Notes under the pieces: model-generated
Database searches by the model: none
Seen by the model: the letters and a program-made list of their open reading frames with translations, nothing else
What the model was told of the DNA's origin: nothing
Translations under genes and position numbers: made by a program
In this document: positions 21,094 through 32,650 of the stretch, piece after piece
Layout of the letters: each line of letters starts with the position of its first letter
Position numbering within the stretch: position 1 is the first letter of the stretch
Assembly: GCF_001194135.2 (NCBI RefSeq)
Contig: NC_069004.1
Coordinates: 20,945,611 to 20,978,473 of the forward strand
Direction of reading: 5' to 3'
Origin: Octopus bimaculoides
Taxonomy: Eukaryota
DNA length: 32,863 bases

Positions 21094-21220
21094 CTGTTGT
21101 TTTGACCTTTCTACTAGCTTCTAGATCACATTTGTTGCCAACCAATGCCACTACTAAATTGGCACTGCCATGTTTCTGGACCTTCTTCCACCAGCTGGTT
21201 GTAGCATTTGCAAAAGAATT
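21094..21220 (-). CDS. Rab GTPase exon with G4 motif: NSFANATTSWWKKVQKHGSANLVVALVGNKCDLEASRKVKTT
   Basis: 127 nt. Acceptor is tttccctcttttttacacag| (AG at 21221-22) and donor CAG|GTATGA (GT at 21092-93). It contains NKCD (NKxD). Phase 0 in, phase 1 out. Confidence 0.93.
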
Positions 21221-21707
21221 CTGTGTAAAAAAGAGGGAAAAAAATTAAGTCATTTAAAAAGTTAAATAAATAATTATTAAATAGATAAGTCTCTAAATAC
21301 AGTAAAGGGTCAGGCACTAGTGCTAAATGGACTCTCCTAAATGTACCAAAGGGCTGGACAGAAGCGTTAAGCCAGATAACTGATTTAAATCTACAATACA
21401 AGAACACAAATAATTCTTCTAGTGGATTGAACTCACAAGGCTTTCATAAACCTAAGGCTTTTACTTAAGTATCTTTACAGTGGACTCAAATCTGCAACAG
21501 TTGCAAACCAAACTCCATAACCACAGAAATAAATCTGTGCTTACAAAAAAATGAATATGGCAGGCTTCCACAAAATTTCCATCAATCCATACTGCTCTAA
21601 TAATCACTGATGCCATTAACATATTTACAGTAGCTTCCAACCATAGCATAAGGCTTTATAGTATTGGCAATACAGTTAGTATTAGCATCATAGAAAAGAG
21701 GATGGGT

Positions 21708-21930
21708 CATCATTATCATCATTTAATGTCCATGATCCATGTTGGCATGGTTTGAGAAGATCTTATGAACCCAAAGACTGCATTATGCCCCAGTGTCTGA
21801 TTTGGAATGGTTTCTGAAGTTAGATGCCCTTCCCACTTTACAGCATGTACCAGATGCTTTTGTTTTCAGGACACTAGCGCTAGTGAGGTTGTCATGCAGC
21901 TTTCAAGACTATGAACCCCAAGGGAACAAT
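21708..21930 (-). mobile_element. Degenerate element carrying the RTE-type 3' tail
   Basis: catcattatcatcatttaatgtcc...catgttggcatgg...ggtttctgaagttagatgccctt is a diverged reverse copy of the RTE tail. Confidence 0.6.
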
Positions 21931-22164
21931 TTTATGTGAGGAGATGAAGAACAGAGTGATGTAAAGTGTGAGGAAAAAGCGGAGTCTGCATGACGATGAT
22001 GATGATGATGATGTAGTATCTCATATAATATATTGAGTTGAAAAATGCTGATTAACTGAGATTATCCATGCAAATAAAGGCCAAAAAACCTCCCTCTATG
22101 AGTTTTTATAATTTAAAAGAGCAACAACTACAATAACCAAGGGAAAAAACTTCAAATATAATAG

Positions 22165-23115
22165 CTTTATTTTTATTTGTCAGGTCTGCAAGAAGGAGCA
22201 GTGCTCATAGCTTTTGCAGACTCTCCTAAACTGGGGAGATTAATACTGTTAATGTTTCTCTTGAACTTTTGTAAGTCAATACCTGTAAAGAAAGACATGA
22301 GCAGAGAGAGAGAGAAGTTACTGGGAGTAGTAATAGAAGGGTGATGACAGGAGGAGAGATATGTAAGATGAAAATACTTGAGTGCATGTGGTATGAACCC
22401 AACCAGTACCAAGGTGTCTTTGCTTCTTGGTACTAGTTGTAGTGGCTAGAAAATAAGCTAGAAAAGAAGAATGTACACCTGTAGGCTAGAGGCTGGAGCA
22501 CGACAGTGATTTTATGCCAAACAACCAGATGGCTTTTTACTATATCCAACCCAGGATATTTGAGTGTGCATTAACAGCAGCAGAGGCAGTACCACCCCAA
22601 ATGTGAGAGCAATATTCCAATATGCGATTGTGGGTCTCATATGAGTTTTGTAATATTTCAATAATTGTTGGAGGATGAAGTGTCTTCTGGTTGTGAAGAA
22701 GAGGGACAATCATGGGAGTGTGATCCTGGTCCCAGGTTAAGGATGTACATTCAAAAAGAGAGGTCTTCTGTGATAGTGAGCCTTAACAATTAAAGAAATT
22801 TTGAGGGCTCTAGCTGAATAAAGCCAATCATTAAAGTGAGTGGGTGCAATAAAATTTTCTTCTTATGAGTGGCATTTGTGTTTGCTATTGAAAAAAGTTA
22901 GCATCTCCCCCATTGGAGGACGTTTTCAAAATCTCTGTTCATGGAGTCTGTGCTTGATGAGTGGTGTCTAAGTTGTGAGTGGACAAGGCATGATTGGAGG
23001 ATGTTAAGAGAGGATTGTGTCTTTAGGGGAACTGCTGAAAGTAATAGACATCATGTTTTAATCATATTAGAAATCTTGTTTGTGAAGAATATTCAATTCA
23101 GATGAAAAGACTAAC
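22165..23115 (-). mobile_element. Decayed CR1-group LINE 3' portion
   Basis: LFFTTRRHFILQQLLKYYKTHMRPTIAY (compare YKAQIRPxLEY), GFIPH...FTGIDLQKFKRNINSINL and an A-rich tail at about 22165. Confidence 0.7.
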
Positions 23116-23405
23116 AAATGATCAACACATACAAACACACACATGGAGGGAGTGTGGTGATATTCACTGTAAATGTAGTATATACTGATCAGTAACAAGA
23201 ATGAAGGAAAGTAACTACAGGGGGCCTGAGAGGGAGTTTTTGCCTACTAATTGTCTGTAAATTAATTGATTAAATTAATTTTAATTTCACTATATCATAA
23301 ATGTAAATGTAATATTTAACTTGGAATGAAGCAGAGCTAGCTATTATAGGTAACCAGTAGGCCATAGCACTAGGAATATTCCTTAACCAAACATCACACT
23401 TGACT

Positions 23406-23783
23406 GGCACTCCGTTGCTTACGACGTCGAGGGTTCCAGTTGATCCAATCAACAGAACAGCCTGCTCGTGAAATTAATGTGCAAGTGGCTGAGCACTCCA
23501 CAGACACGTGTACCCTTAACATAGTTCTCAGGGATATTCAGCGTGACACAGTGTGACAAGGCTGACCCTTTGAATTACAGGCACAACAGAAACAGGAAGT
23601 AAGAGTGAGAGAAAGTTGTGGTGAAAAAGTACAGCAGGGTTCGCCACCATCCCCTGCCGGAGCCTCATAGAGCTTTAGGTGATTTTGCTCAATAAACACT
23701 CACAACGCCCGGTCTGGGAATCGAAACCGCGATCCTATGACCACGAGTCCGCTGCCCTAACCACTGGGCCATTGCGCTTCCAC
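23406..23783 (-). mobile_element. Full-length tRNA-derived SINE
   Basis: A box TGGCCCAGTGG (23761-23771) and B box GGTTTCGATTCC (23717-23728), followed by a long non-tRNA body. Confidence 0.88.
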
Positions 23784-24084
23784 AAACATCACACACATAC
23801 ACTAATTCTAACATCCCTGACACTGCCATGTTTCTAGATTCAAAGAAGACAAAGGCAATAGGCAAGGAGGAGGGAGGACTTTTGAGTGAAATAAAAACAA
23901 GTTATTAACTGTTTTATGGCAGTTATTAATGTCAAATGTCAAAATATTTGAGAGGAGTTACTGTCAATAAAATCATTATAATAGTAAAAGGGTTGTAAGA
24001 CTTGTATCCATTACACTATTGACTGACATCCTGATATCAGTGACTTATTGGATCAGAATGTGTTACTAATACTGTTTAGAAATC

Positions 24085-24292
24085 AAGGCTCTGAGCTGGT
24101 AGAATCGTTAACATACTGGGCAAAATGTTTAGCAACATTTCATCCATCTTCACATTCTGAGTTCAAATTCTGCTGAAGTTCACTTTGCTTTTCATCCTTT
24201 TAAGGTCAATAAAAAAAGTAGTAGGTCCATGTAAGCAACTTATCTACACCCTCATTATTTCTGGCATTGTACCAAAATTTGAAATCAATATT
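24085..24292 (+). mobile_element. tRNA-derived SINE (Meta-domain-like core)
   Basis: aggctctgagctggtagaatcg...gagttcaaattc (B box)...ctttgctttttcatccttttaaggtcaataaaa...ccaaaatttgaaatc. Same family as 29070-29173. Confidence 0.7.
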
Positions 24293-24771
24293 AGTTTAGA
24301 AATAAAGATTCTTTGACTACTAAATCTACAAGTTTTTTCATTCTCTCTATGTTTATTTTCTCTTATTCTTTTCTGTTGAAGAGCATAGGCNNNNNNNNNN
24401 NNNNNNNNNNNNNNNNNNNNNNNNNNNNNNNNNNNNNNNNNNNNNNNNNNNNNNNNNNNNNNNNNNNNNNNNNNNNNNNNNNNNNNNNNNNNNNNNNNNN
24501 NNNNNNNNNNNNNNNNNNNNNNNNNNNNNNNNNNNNNNNNNNNNNNNNNNNNNNNNNNNNNNNNNNNNNNNNNNNNNNNNNNNNNNNNNNNNNNNNNNNN
24601 NNNNNNNNNNNNNNNNNNNNNNNNNNNNNNNNNNNNNNNNNNNNNNNNNNNNNNNNNNNNNNNNNNNNNNNNNNNNNNNNNNNNNNNNNNNNNNNNNNNN
24701 NNNNNNNNNNNNNNNNNNNNNNNNNNNNNNNNNNNNNNNNNNNNNNNNNNNNNNNNNNNNNNNNNNNNNNN

Positions 24772-24820
<49 letters not shown>

Positions 24821-24840
24821 GATATACACACACAAACGAT

Positions 24841-24986
24841 AGGCTTCTATCAAAACCACTTACAAGGCTTTGGCTGACCCAAGGCTACAGTAGAAGACAC
24901 TTTCTCAAGGTTCCACACAGTGGGACTGAACCCCAAATCATGCAGCTGGGAAGCAAACTTCTTACCATATGGCCATGCAGTCACCT
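24841..24986 (-). mobile_element. tRNA-derived SINE head (same family as 1632-1755)
   Basis: The reverse complement contains ggtaagaagtttgcttcccagc...ggggttcagtcccactgtg...gtgtcttctactgtagcc. Confidence 0.8.
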
Positions 24987-25064
24987 TACGTAAAGATGTA
25001 TATAATAAAAAATTGTGTAATCTCAAGAAAGGACATTAGTAATCTGAAAAATAATATTTATTAA

Positions 25065-25268
25065 CCCTTTAGCATTCAGATTCTCTGTCAAGTGTAATAC
25101 TTAGTTATTCACATCGTCTTGAATTAATCATGCATTATAACTTCAAGATTTTAATGATGTGATTGTTTATGACATCTTAGGCTTAGTGTAAGAAGCCAGA
25201 TTTGGCAAGTTTGAATATAAAACAAGTGAATATTTGAGCTGGATATGGCCAGTTTAAATGCTAAAGGG
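25065..25268. mobile_element. piggyBac-type MITE (204 bp)
   Basis: TTAA|CCCTTTAGCATT ... AATGCTAAAGGG|TTAA, with perfect 12-bp TIRs and a TTAA TSD (25061-64, 25269-72). Confidence 0.88.
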
Positions 25269-25828
25269 TTAATGTTGTTCACTGCCTTTTCAATTCACAA
25301 GAAACCCCATAATACTTTTTCTAATTTCCTCTTCTAAATCGCTCACTAGTTCTCCCTCTATTGTATTTTTCTTTATTACTAATTCTTTACTAAATGCTAT
25401 AGACTTTACTTTAATTACCCTTTTCACAGCACCCTATTACTGATTACTGAAGATTGCCTCAGCCAATTGCACTGAACTAAGATATTTTGCACATTAAGAA
25501 CAATACATTCAACTATATTTTCTATCAAACTGTGCAGATCACAAAGTTCTGTGTTTTGTGTAGTAAACTGGTTGAAATTGTGGGCACCCTGCACAATCAT
25601 TATCTGCCAACCTGACAAATAATCTTTCTAGAAACGATCCGAATGACCTGATGTAGTTTGCCTTACATTAGTGCAATTGGGGAAATCTAGTTAGTAGCTG
25701 TTAGACTGTTGGACTAGTTTGAGGAGGTTCACAAGACTTCAATATCCCTCTCACTCCTATTGCCTAACACCATACAATCTCAGCATGTGTCTAAAATGTC
25801 ATTCCCGTTTCTCACTTGTACAAATAGC

Positions 25829-25838
25829 AATAATAATA

Positions 25839-25885
<47 letters not shown>
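25829..25885. repeat. (AAT)4(GAT)15 microsatellite
   Basis: Direct inspection. It explains the poly-Met ORF. Confidence 0.95.
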
Positions 25886-25887
<2 letters not shown>

Positions 25888-26180
25888 CTAATACAGTCAG
25901 ATTTCAGGAAAGAGCACAGTTGATAATATCAACTCCAGTACTTGACTGATACTTTATTTTATCAAGCTCCGAATGGTGAAATGCTAAGTTGACTTTAAAT
26001 CATAAGAAGCTCAAAGAAAGGTTACAAAACATTTTGTCCAACACTCCAAGGGGTCTGCTAAACAAACTATCCTTAATAATTTCTATTAGAGACATAATGC
26101 CAAAAATTTGAGAAAAATTATATCAACCCTAGTACTTTATTCGTACCTTAGGAAAGATGTAAAGCAAAGTCAACCCTGGT
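25886..26180 (-). mobile_element. Two degenerate SINE fragments (about 25886-25995 and 26078-26180) of the 24085 family
   Basis: ccagtacttgactgatactttattttatcaag...aagttgacttt and ccctagtactttattcg...aaagcaaagtcaaccct. Confidence 0.45.
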
Positions 26181-26477
26181 AGCATATTAATTTAATCAAT
26201 AAATGGATATAAATGCTGTAAGACTTTTTGTCTGTCACTCTACCAACTGTCCTTTATTCCAATAAAATAAATTGAATTCTTTTCAGAAAATAAAGATGGT
26301 GCAGATGAGAGCAGATTTTGTCTTTAAGCAAAATCTGTCTTTTACTGATAGCAGTCTTTTATTGATAGCAAAAGACATGCTTCAATTTTATTAGAGATCT
26401 TGTCTGTGAAATATATTCTACTTAGATGACGAAGTAATTATATCTACTATATAAATGAGAGTGTATGTGATTATGTA

Positions 26478-27359
26478 CAAGGTTTGATCCAGACTGTTGC
26501 CATAGTAATAAAGCTAAAGCATGCAAAATAAAGCCGATAGCCAAAGATTGACCTTGAACTCTGCTGTGCATGCACACTAAGTTTTAACATTCTAGCTCAC
26601 TTCTGCTGTTTACAGCAGTGCTTGGAAGGAATGTGTGTCACATGTGGTCGTCACATTAGCCATGACAGATAAAGTTGTCATGGCGATACCTGCTCAGAGG
26701 CTTATGCAAAGTTGCAGAACATATATGGAGAGGAGTGTATGATCCCCACACAAGTGTATGAGTGGTTCAGATGTTCCCAAGATAGCTGAAAAAATGTTAT
26801 TGACGAAGGTTCTGGGAGACAGGCAACTAACAGAACTGAGAAAAGCATTGCATATGTACATGCAGCTGTAAGGGGAAATCATCGAAACATCATCCGTGAA
26901 TTATCAGAGGATGTGCAGATTAGTTACGGCTCAGTTCAGTCCATTATCACTGAAGATTTCGATATGAGACATGTGTCTGCCAAGTTTGTGCCAAAACTGC
27001 TTTCAGCTGATGAAAAGGACACTTGGGTTTCAGTTGCATAAGATCTCCTTGATTGTGTCGAGAATAATGAAAACTCTTTGAAAACTTTGCATAGGGCTCT
27101 GGGCAGGTATCACCAAGCTTTTGGCAAAATTTAATGCAGACTCTCTGCTCAACTTTTTCTGTCATGGTCAATGCGATGATCACATGCTACACATGTTCCT
27201 TCCAAGTACTGCTGTAAACAGTGGATGTGAGCTAGAATGTTAAAACTTAGGGTGAATGCACAGCAGAATGCAAGGTCAATCTGTGCCAATTAGCTTCACT
27301 CTGCATGCTTTAGCTTCATTACTATGGCAACAGTCTGGATACTTATTGATCAGATCACA
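26478..27359. mobile_element. Mariner-derived fold-back element with two copies of the 5' end as long inverted repeats
   Basis: The left arm (about 26478-26712) and right arm (about 27083-27359) are inverted homologues, and both include the transposase start. The minus frame reads MTEKVEQRVCIKFCQKLGDTC. The + body continues to SAKFVPKLL...DLLDCVENNENSLKTL and then inverts. Confidence 0.88.
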
Positions 27360-29069
27360 TGTGTGTGTTTAGCCCCAAAAAACTCAGAAATGGTGCCTCC
27401 TTGAGAAAAACAAATAGGATTTTCGAAATTTGCCTCCCAAAGAGAAGGTTGTCCATAAATAACAATCAAATTATATAATTTGCTATGAGAAATAATTCAA
27501 CTTTTAAATTGACAAAGCTCACACTCTCTATCTGTAACCATCAGGTTCTCTCTCTTTTATGCCTACCCTCTCTCTATATATTTACAACACTCTTTATCAC
27601 TCTCTCTATATATATATATGTATTATTTCTCATGCATTGCTTTCATTTTGTTTAAAACTTTGTTAATGTTTTCTTTCATTTTATGACAAACAGCATGCAC
27701 ACAGTGATTAGTTTCCAAATCCTTTTTTCTGATTGGGTGAAAATAATTAAACGTTAAAGCTCTGTAACATTTTTCTGGAATTTTTCTAGAGTTATTTTCT
27801 CATGGTAAACTTTCTTACTCTCAATAAAAGTATATCACTCATGCTGAATGTGTGTTTGTCAGTATGTGTGTATACATGTGTGTAAGACAACAAAATGACT
27901 TTAAAAAGGTATGTAAAAGATAATTTATTTTAATAGCATAAACACACACACTGTCCGCCACTACCCTCCACGAAAACAATTCTGCCTTAATTCTTCGAAA
28001 CGCCGGGGTTTTAATGGTGGCAGCTGATGAAGGAGATGTTTCTATGTGGCCTGCTTGTTTGTTGCACCTTGTTTACCATTTTGTCCATGTTCTTTTACCA
28101 CGTCATGTACCCAGTAATGTATCTATATGTACATGTGGATGAAGATATATACATACATGTACATATATATGCATATACTCATATNNNNNNNNNNNNNNNN
28201 NNNNNNNNNNNNNNNNNNNNNNNNNNNNNNNNNNNNNNNNNNNNNNNNNNNNNNNNNNNNNNNNNNNNNNNNNNNNNNNNNNNNNNNNNNNNNNNNNNNN
28301 NNNNNNNNNNNNNNNNNNNNNNNNNNNNNNNNNNNNNNNNNNNNNNNNNNNNNNNNNNNNNNNNNNNNNNNNNNNNNNNNNNNNNNNNNNNNNNNNNNNN
28401 NNNNNNNNNNNNNNNNNNNNNNNNNNNNNNNNNNNNNNNNNNNNNNNNNNNNNNNNNNNNNNNNNNNNNNNNNNNNNNNNNNNNNNNNNNNNNNNNNNNN
28501 NNNNNNNNNNNNNNNNNNNNNNNNNNNNNNNNNNNNNNNNNNNNNNNNNNNNNNNNNNNNNNNNNNNNNNNNNNNNNNNNNNNNNNNNNNNNNNNNNNNN
28601 NNNNNNNNNNNNNNNNNNNNNNNNNNNNNNNNNNNNNNNNNNNNNNNNNNNNNNNNNNNNNNNNNNNNNNNNNNNNNNNNNNNNNNNNNNNNNNNNNNNN
28701 NNNNNNNNNNNNNNNNNNNNNNNNNNNNNNNNNNNNNNNNNNNNNNNNNNNNNNNNNNNNNNNNNNNNNNNNNNNNNNNNNNNNNNNNNNNNNNNNNNNN
28801 NNNNNNNNNNNNNNNNNNNNNNNNNNNNNNNNNNNNNNNNNNNNNNNNNNNNNNNNNNNNNNNNNNNNNNNNNNNNNNNNNNNNNNNNNNNNNNNNNNNN
28901 NNNNNNNNNNNNNNNNNNNNNNNNNNNNNNNNNNNNNNNNNNNNNNNNNNNNNNNNNNNNNNNNNNNNNNNNNNNNNNNNNNNNNNNNNNNNNNNNNNNN
29001 NNNNNNNNNNNNNNNNNNATGTTAAGAGTAAACCCTGTTTGTATGTGACACATTGTACCAGTAACAGAA

Positions 29070-29173
29070 GCAAAGTCGACCTCGGCAGAATTTGAACTCA
29101 AAACATAGACACAGGTGAAATACTGTTAAGTAGTTTGCCCGGCATGCTAACATTTCTGCCAGTTCACCGCCTT
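29070..29173 (-). mobile_element. tRNA-derived SINE head (24085 family)
   Basis: gcaaagtcgacctcggcagaatttgaactc...gcccggcatgctaacatttctgccagttcaccgcctt. Confidence 0.75.
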
Positions 29174-30019
29174 AGAACATAAAATTCATTTTAGCGATAT
29201 ATTCTTTAATATTCTTATTGATAAGCGATACTCTCTTACTCTCTTACATGAAATTTCGTGGCATTTCATCCCATAACTTTTCTTCTACTAATTTTTGTTC
29301 AATGCGACTAATGACTCTGAACTCCTCATTCATTTTTCTATAATTTAAGCCTAAGAAAAGTATACTTTTATTTTAAAATTAAAAAGTTTATGTTAATTTA
29401 AGGTAAATAGGTGCCTTACTGCCCCACTTGAGGTCGCAGATATTTTGATGTAACTTTTTTTCGACTGAACCAAATCTCAAACTATTTGTGCCAAAGTGTA
29501 GCTGAGGAGGTGTCCTCTTTAAAACTGTTAACAGTTTGCAAATTAGTTGAGAACTGAATTAGTGGTGAAGCTTGGAAGCTGCTCCGATTGACGAAATGGT
29601 GGACTTACTATATTCAACCACTACCATCGTTGAATGATATATACATATATATATAATATATATACATACATATGTATGTTTCTTTTTTCTTTTCTCTTTC
29701 CATCTCCTTATTCTTTTACTCCCTCTATGTTGTCATGTTATTGATATATACCATACTCGGGGATATCCCAGAAACAGCTGTAAGACTTTGAATTTCTTCC
29801 AAAAATAATATTGTATGACTTGAGATGTTTGCTTTGTCTTAATGTTTGACGTCCTGTTTAACAATTATATATCCGCTGCATCAAAAATTTGCAATGACTC
29901 CATAACTACTGTCTTGGCTATAACCTTGCAGCCCCGGTAATCCATTACAACACTTACCTAGCGTACCTAATCGTTTAGATCACCTGTGAACTAAACCCCC
30001 ATACTTTGTATACATACAT

Positions 30020-30050
<31 letters not shown>

Positions 30051-30166
30051 AAATATCCAGTTCTATAACTAATTTTATTGCACAATATGCACATTCATAT
30101 ATACATACATACACACACATGTATGTAGACACACGTGCATATTCACATACACAAGTTTAGATATTC

Positions 30167-30210
<44 letters not shown>
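30020..30210. repeat. (TA)n/(CA)n low-complexity tracts
   Basis: Direct inspection. Confidence 0.9.
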
Positions 30211-30211
<1 letters not shown>

Positions 30212-30649
30212 CAGTATGCAACCATATACAGTTCATACACACATGTATCTTTATGATAAAACATTATTTGATATATTAATTTGAATCTAAATAAAAGAAT
30301 TCATATCTAAATAAAGGGGTTTACAGTGTAAAGAACTATTTTCCTATTTATAGAAACAAAACAAAAAAATCAAACCAACTCAATACGGCCAACGAAAAAT
30401 CCATTTAAATATATACATACAACAAAAACAAAGTTATACAATACAAACGAAATGTCTCACATATGAACACTAAGCCAAAGCAACAAATTAAACAAGATGA
30501 ATATGCTATATCTTCATATATACCCCATTATTCATTCACTCACATACATATACTTATCAATACAAATAAACAAAACGAAAAACAAAACCAACTCTATATA
30601 GACATAGAAAAATAAGTGCTACACATACATCAAAACCAAAATAATACTA

Positions 30650-32650
30650 ATATAAAACAATTTGCCAAGAAATATACATCTATTAGAATGAAAGAAATTA
30701 AAGTAATTTTAACAGTCCATAAATCAGTTATAAATTTTGATACTAAATTATGGGCAAGAAAAGATACCCCTAACTGTTTTGATATATTTATGGGAGTGCC
30801 AGATTCCACACAAGTAACTGACATGGTAGGAATATATTTATTGGCTAATATACATGATGAATTCCCAGAGCTCATGGGGTTACTTTATAGAGATGATGCA
30901 CTCTTTATAGTTAAGAATACATCTAATAGATGCCTAGAACTCATAAAGAAATGATTATTTAAATTTCTAAAATGATTTGGTCTATCTATAACAATAGAAA
31001 AAAATATAATTCAATTAATTACTTAGATATGAACTGTAATTTATCATTTGGAATACATGAACCATATATAACCAAATTATAAATTAAAATATATAAATTA
31101 TCAAAGCAAACACCCACCTTCAATGAAAAAAGCATTAGTATTTAATAATAGCAAGAGAATTTCATATTTATCTTATAATGAGGATATATTTCATAGACAT
31201 AAAGACCAATAGGATTTGGCTTTAAGTAAAGCAGGATATAAGAAAAAATTACAATATATTAAAGATAATAATATCATAAATAAAATGAGTAAATTTGATA
31301 ATAAGAATAATAATATAAAAACCAATGATAATACTAAAAATTATAGATATATCAGGTTGGTGCAAAAGTAATGTCCAATTTCTAGAAAAAATGTTTCAGA
31401 GCAAATTTATCAATTTTTTAACCTCTTCTTATAGTTTTAAGATATCTCTGTATCTAATTTGTACTATTTTCTTTCAGATCATCAAACTTCTGTCCATTAT
31501 TCTCAGAAAATTTTACCACCATGTGTGTTCCATCTAAAGATCACATAAGAAATGTTTTACTCTACGAATTTCATAAAAGTGTTAATGCAAGTGCGGCAGC
31601 AAGATCTATTCAGAGCACTTATGGGGATGATGTAGTGAATGAAAGAAGTTGCAGGAGGTGGTTTTCCCATTTCTGAAGTAGTGATTTTACTTTAAAAGAC
31701 GAGCCAAAAGAGGGTCGTCCAAGAAAACTTGATTCTGAAATGCTAGAAGCTCTTGTTTCAGAGAACCCTACCATTACCACTAGGGAACTTGTAGAACAGT
31801 TAAATGCAGCCCATACAACTGTGGTACGCCAGATAAAACACATTGGAAAGGTTTCAGTGGCTGGAAAATGGGTCCCTCATGAGCTGTCTCCAGAGAATCG
31901 ACAACAACATGCTGCTTGTTGTCAACCATTGCTTTTGCGACACTTTCAAGCAACATTTTTAGATAGGCTTTTTACAGGTGATGAGAAGTGGATTCTTTAC
32001 CATAATGTTAAATGCCGCTGTTCTTGAATCAGTCAAGGAGGATGGCCAGTTCAACAACCGAGAGCAGGACTTCATCCAAAAAAGATCATGTTGAGTGTAT
32101 GGTGGGATATTAAAGGAGTAATCCATTATGAACTGTTGGACAACAACCAAACAATTAATGCTAATCTTTACTGTGAGTAACTTTGTTATTTGAAAACAGT
32201 TCTGATCCAAAAGTGAGCATCCTTGGTTAACATCATGATAATGCTCATCCTCACACAGTTCAATTGACCAAAACCCTCTTGGAAGAACTTGGTTGGGAAA
32301 TACTGCCTCATCCTCCATATTCTCCTGACCTTGCTCCTTCTGATTACCATTTGTTCTGAGAACTACAGAACCATTTTGATGGACTTAGGTTAACAACAAG
32401 AGAAGAGATTGAAAATGAGTTGGGTTCATATTTTGGTTCTAAACCTACAGAATTTTACAAGCGAGGCATTTATAAGGTCGTTGAAAGATGGAATGAGGTC
32501 ATTGAAAGCAATGGTGAGTATGTCAATGATTAAATATTTTCATAGTCATTGGCTTATTCATTTTTACCTTAGATCTTTAAATCGGACGTTACTTTTGCAC
32601 CAACCTGATATAAAGGAACCGAATAAAAATTAAATATAATATCTAAATAA
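30650..32650 (+). mobile_element. Penelope-like retroelement RT (probably Naiad-type), decayed, interrupted by a mariner at 31352-32608
   Basis: FDIFMG...VTDMVGIYLL, LYRDD (30886-30897), FGLSITIE, NYLD, YINYQSKHPP (31111-19) and ALSKAGY. It resumes after the mariner as RNRIKI and is cut by an RTE at about 32650. Confidence 0.82.
31352..32608 (+). mobile_element. Full-length mariner (DD34D), transposase pseudogene 31521-32533
   Basis: 28-bp TIRs TCAGGTTGGTGCAAAAGTAA(T/C)GTCC(A/G)AT and TA TSD (31350-51, 32609-10). It has WVPHEL, TGDE, HDN-34-D and YSPDLAP. Stops are at 31674, 32025, 32178, 32214 and 32357, with a frameshifting deletion at about 32231. Confidence 0.96.

Noticed and set aside
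22173-22230. ESAK motif on the minus strand resembling a G5 box
   Set aside because: It lies in the 3' end of a CR1-like LINE and on the wrong side of the G4 exon.
23270-23345. YIYIYDIV resembling the Rab VVYDIT exon end
   Set aside because: There is no DTAGQE or YYRGA upstream, and the sequence is low complexity.
23700-23783. tRNA-like A and B boxes (also 1632-1700, 24100-24180, 29080-29173)
   Set aside because: These are SINE heads with no complete cloverleaf, continuing into SINE bodies.
25719-25949. ORF with a poly-Met tract
   Set aside because: It is the translation of a (GAT)15 microsatellite.
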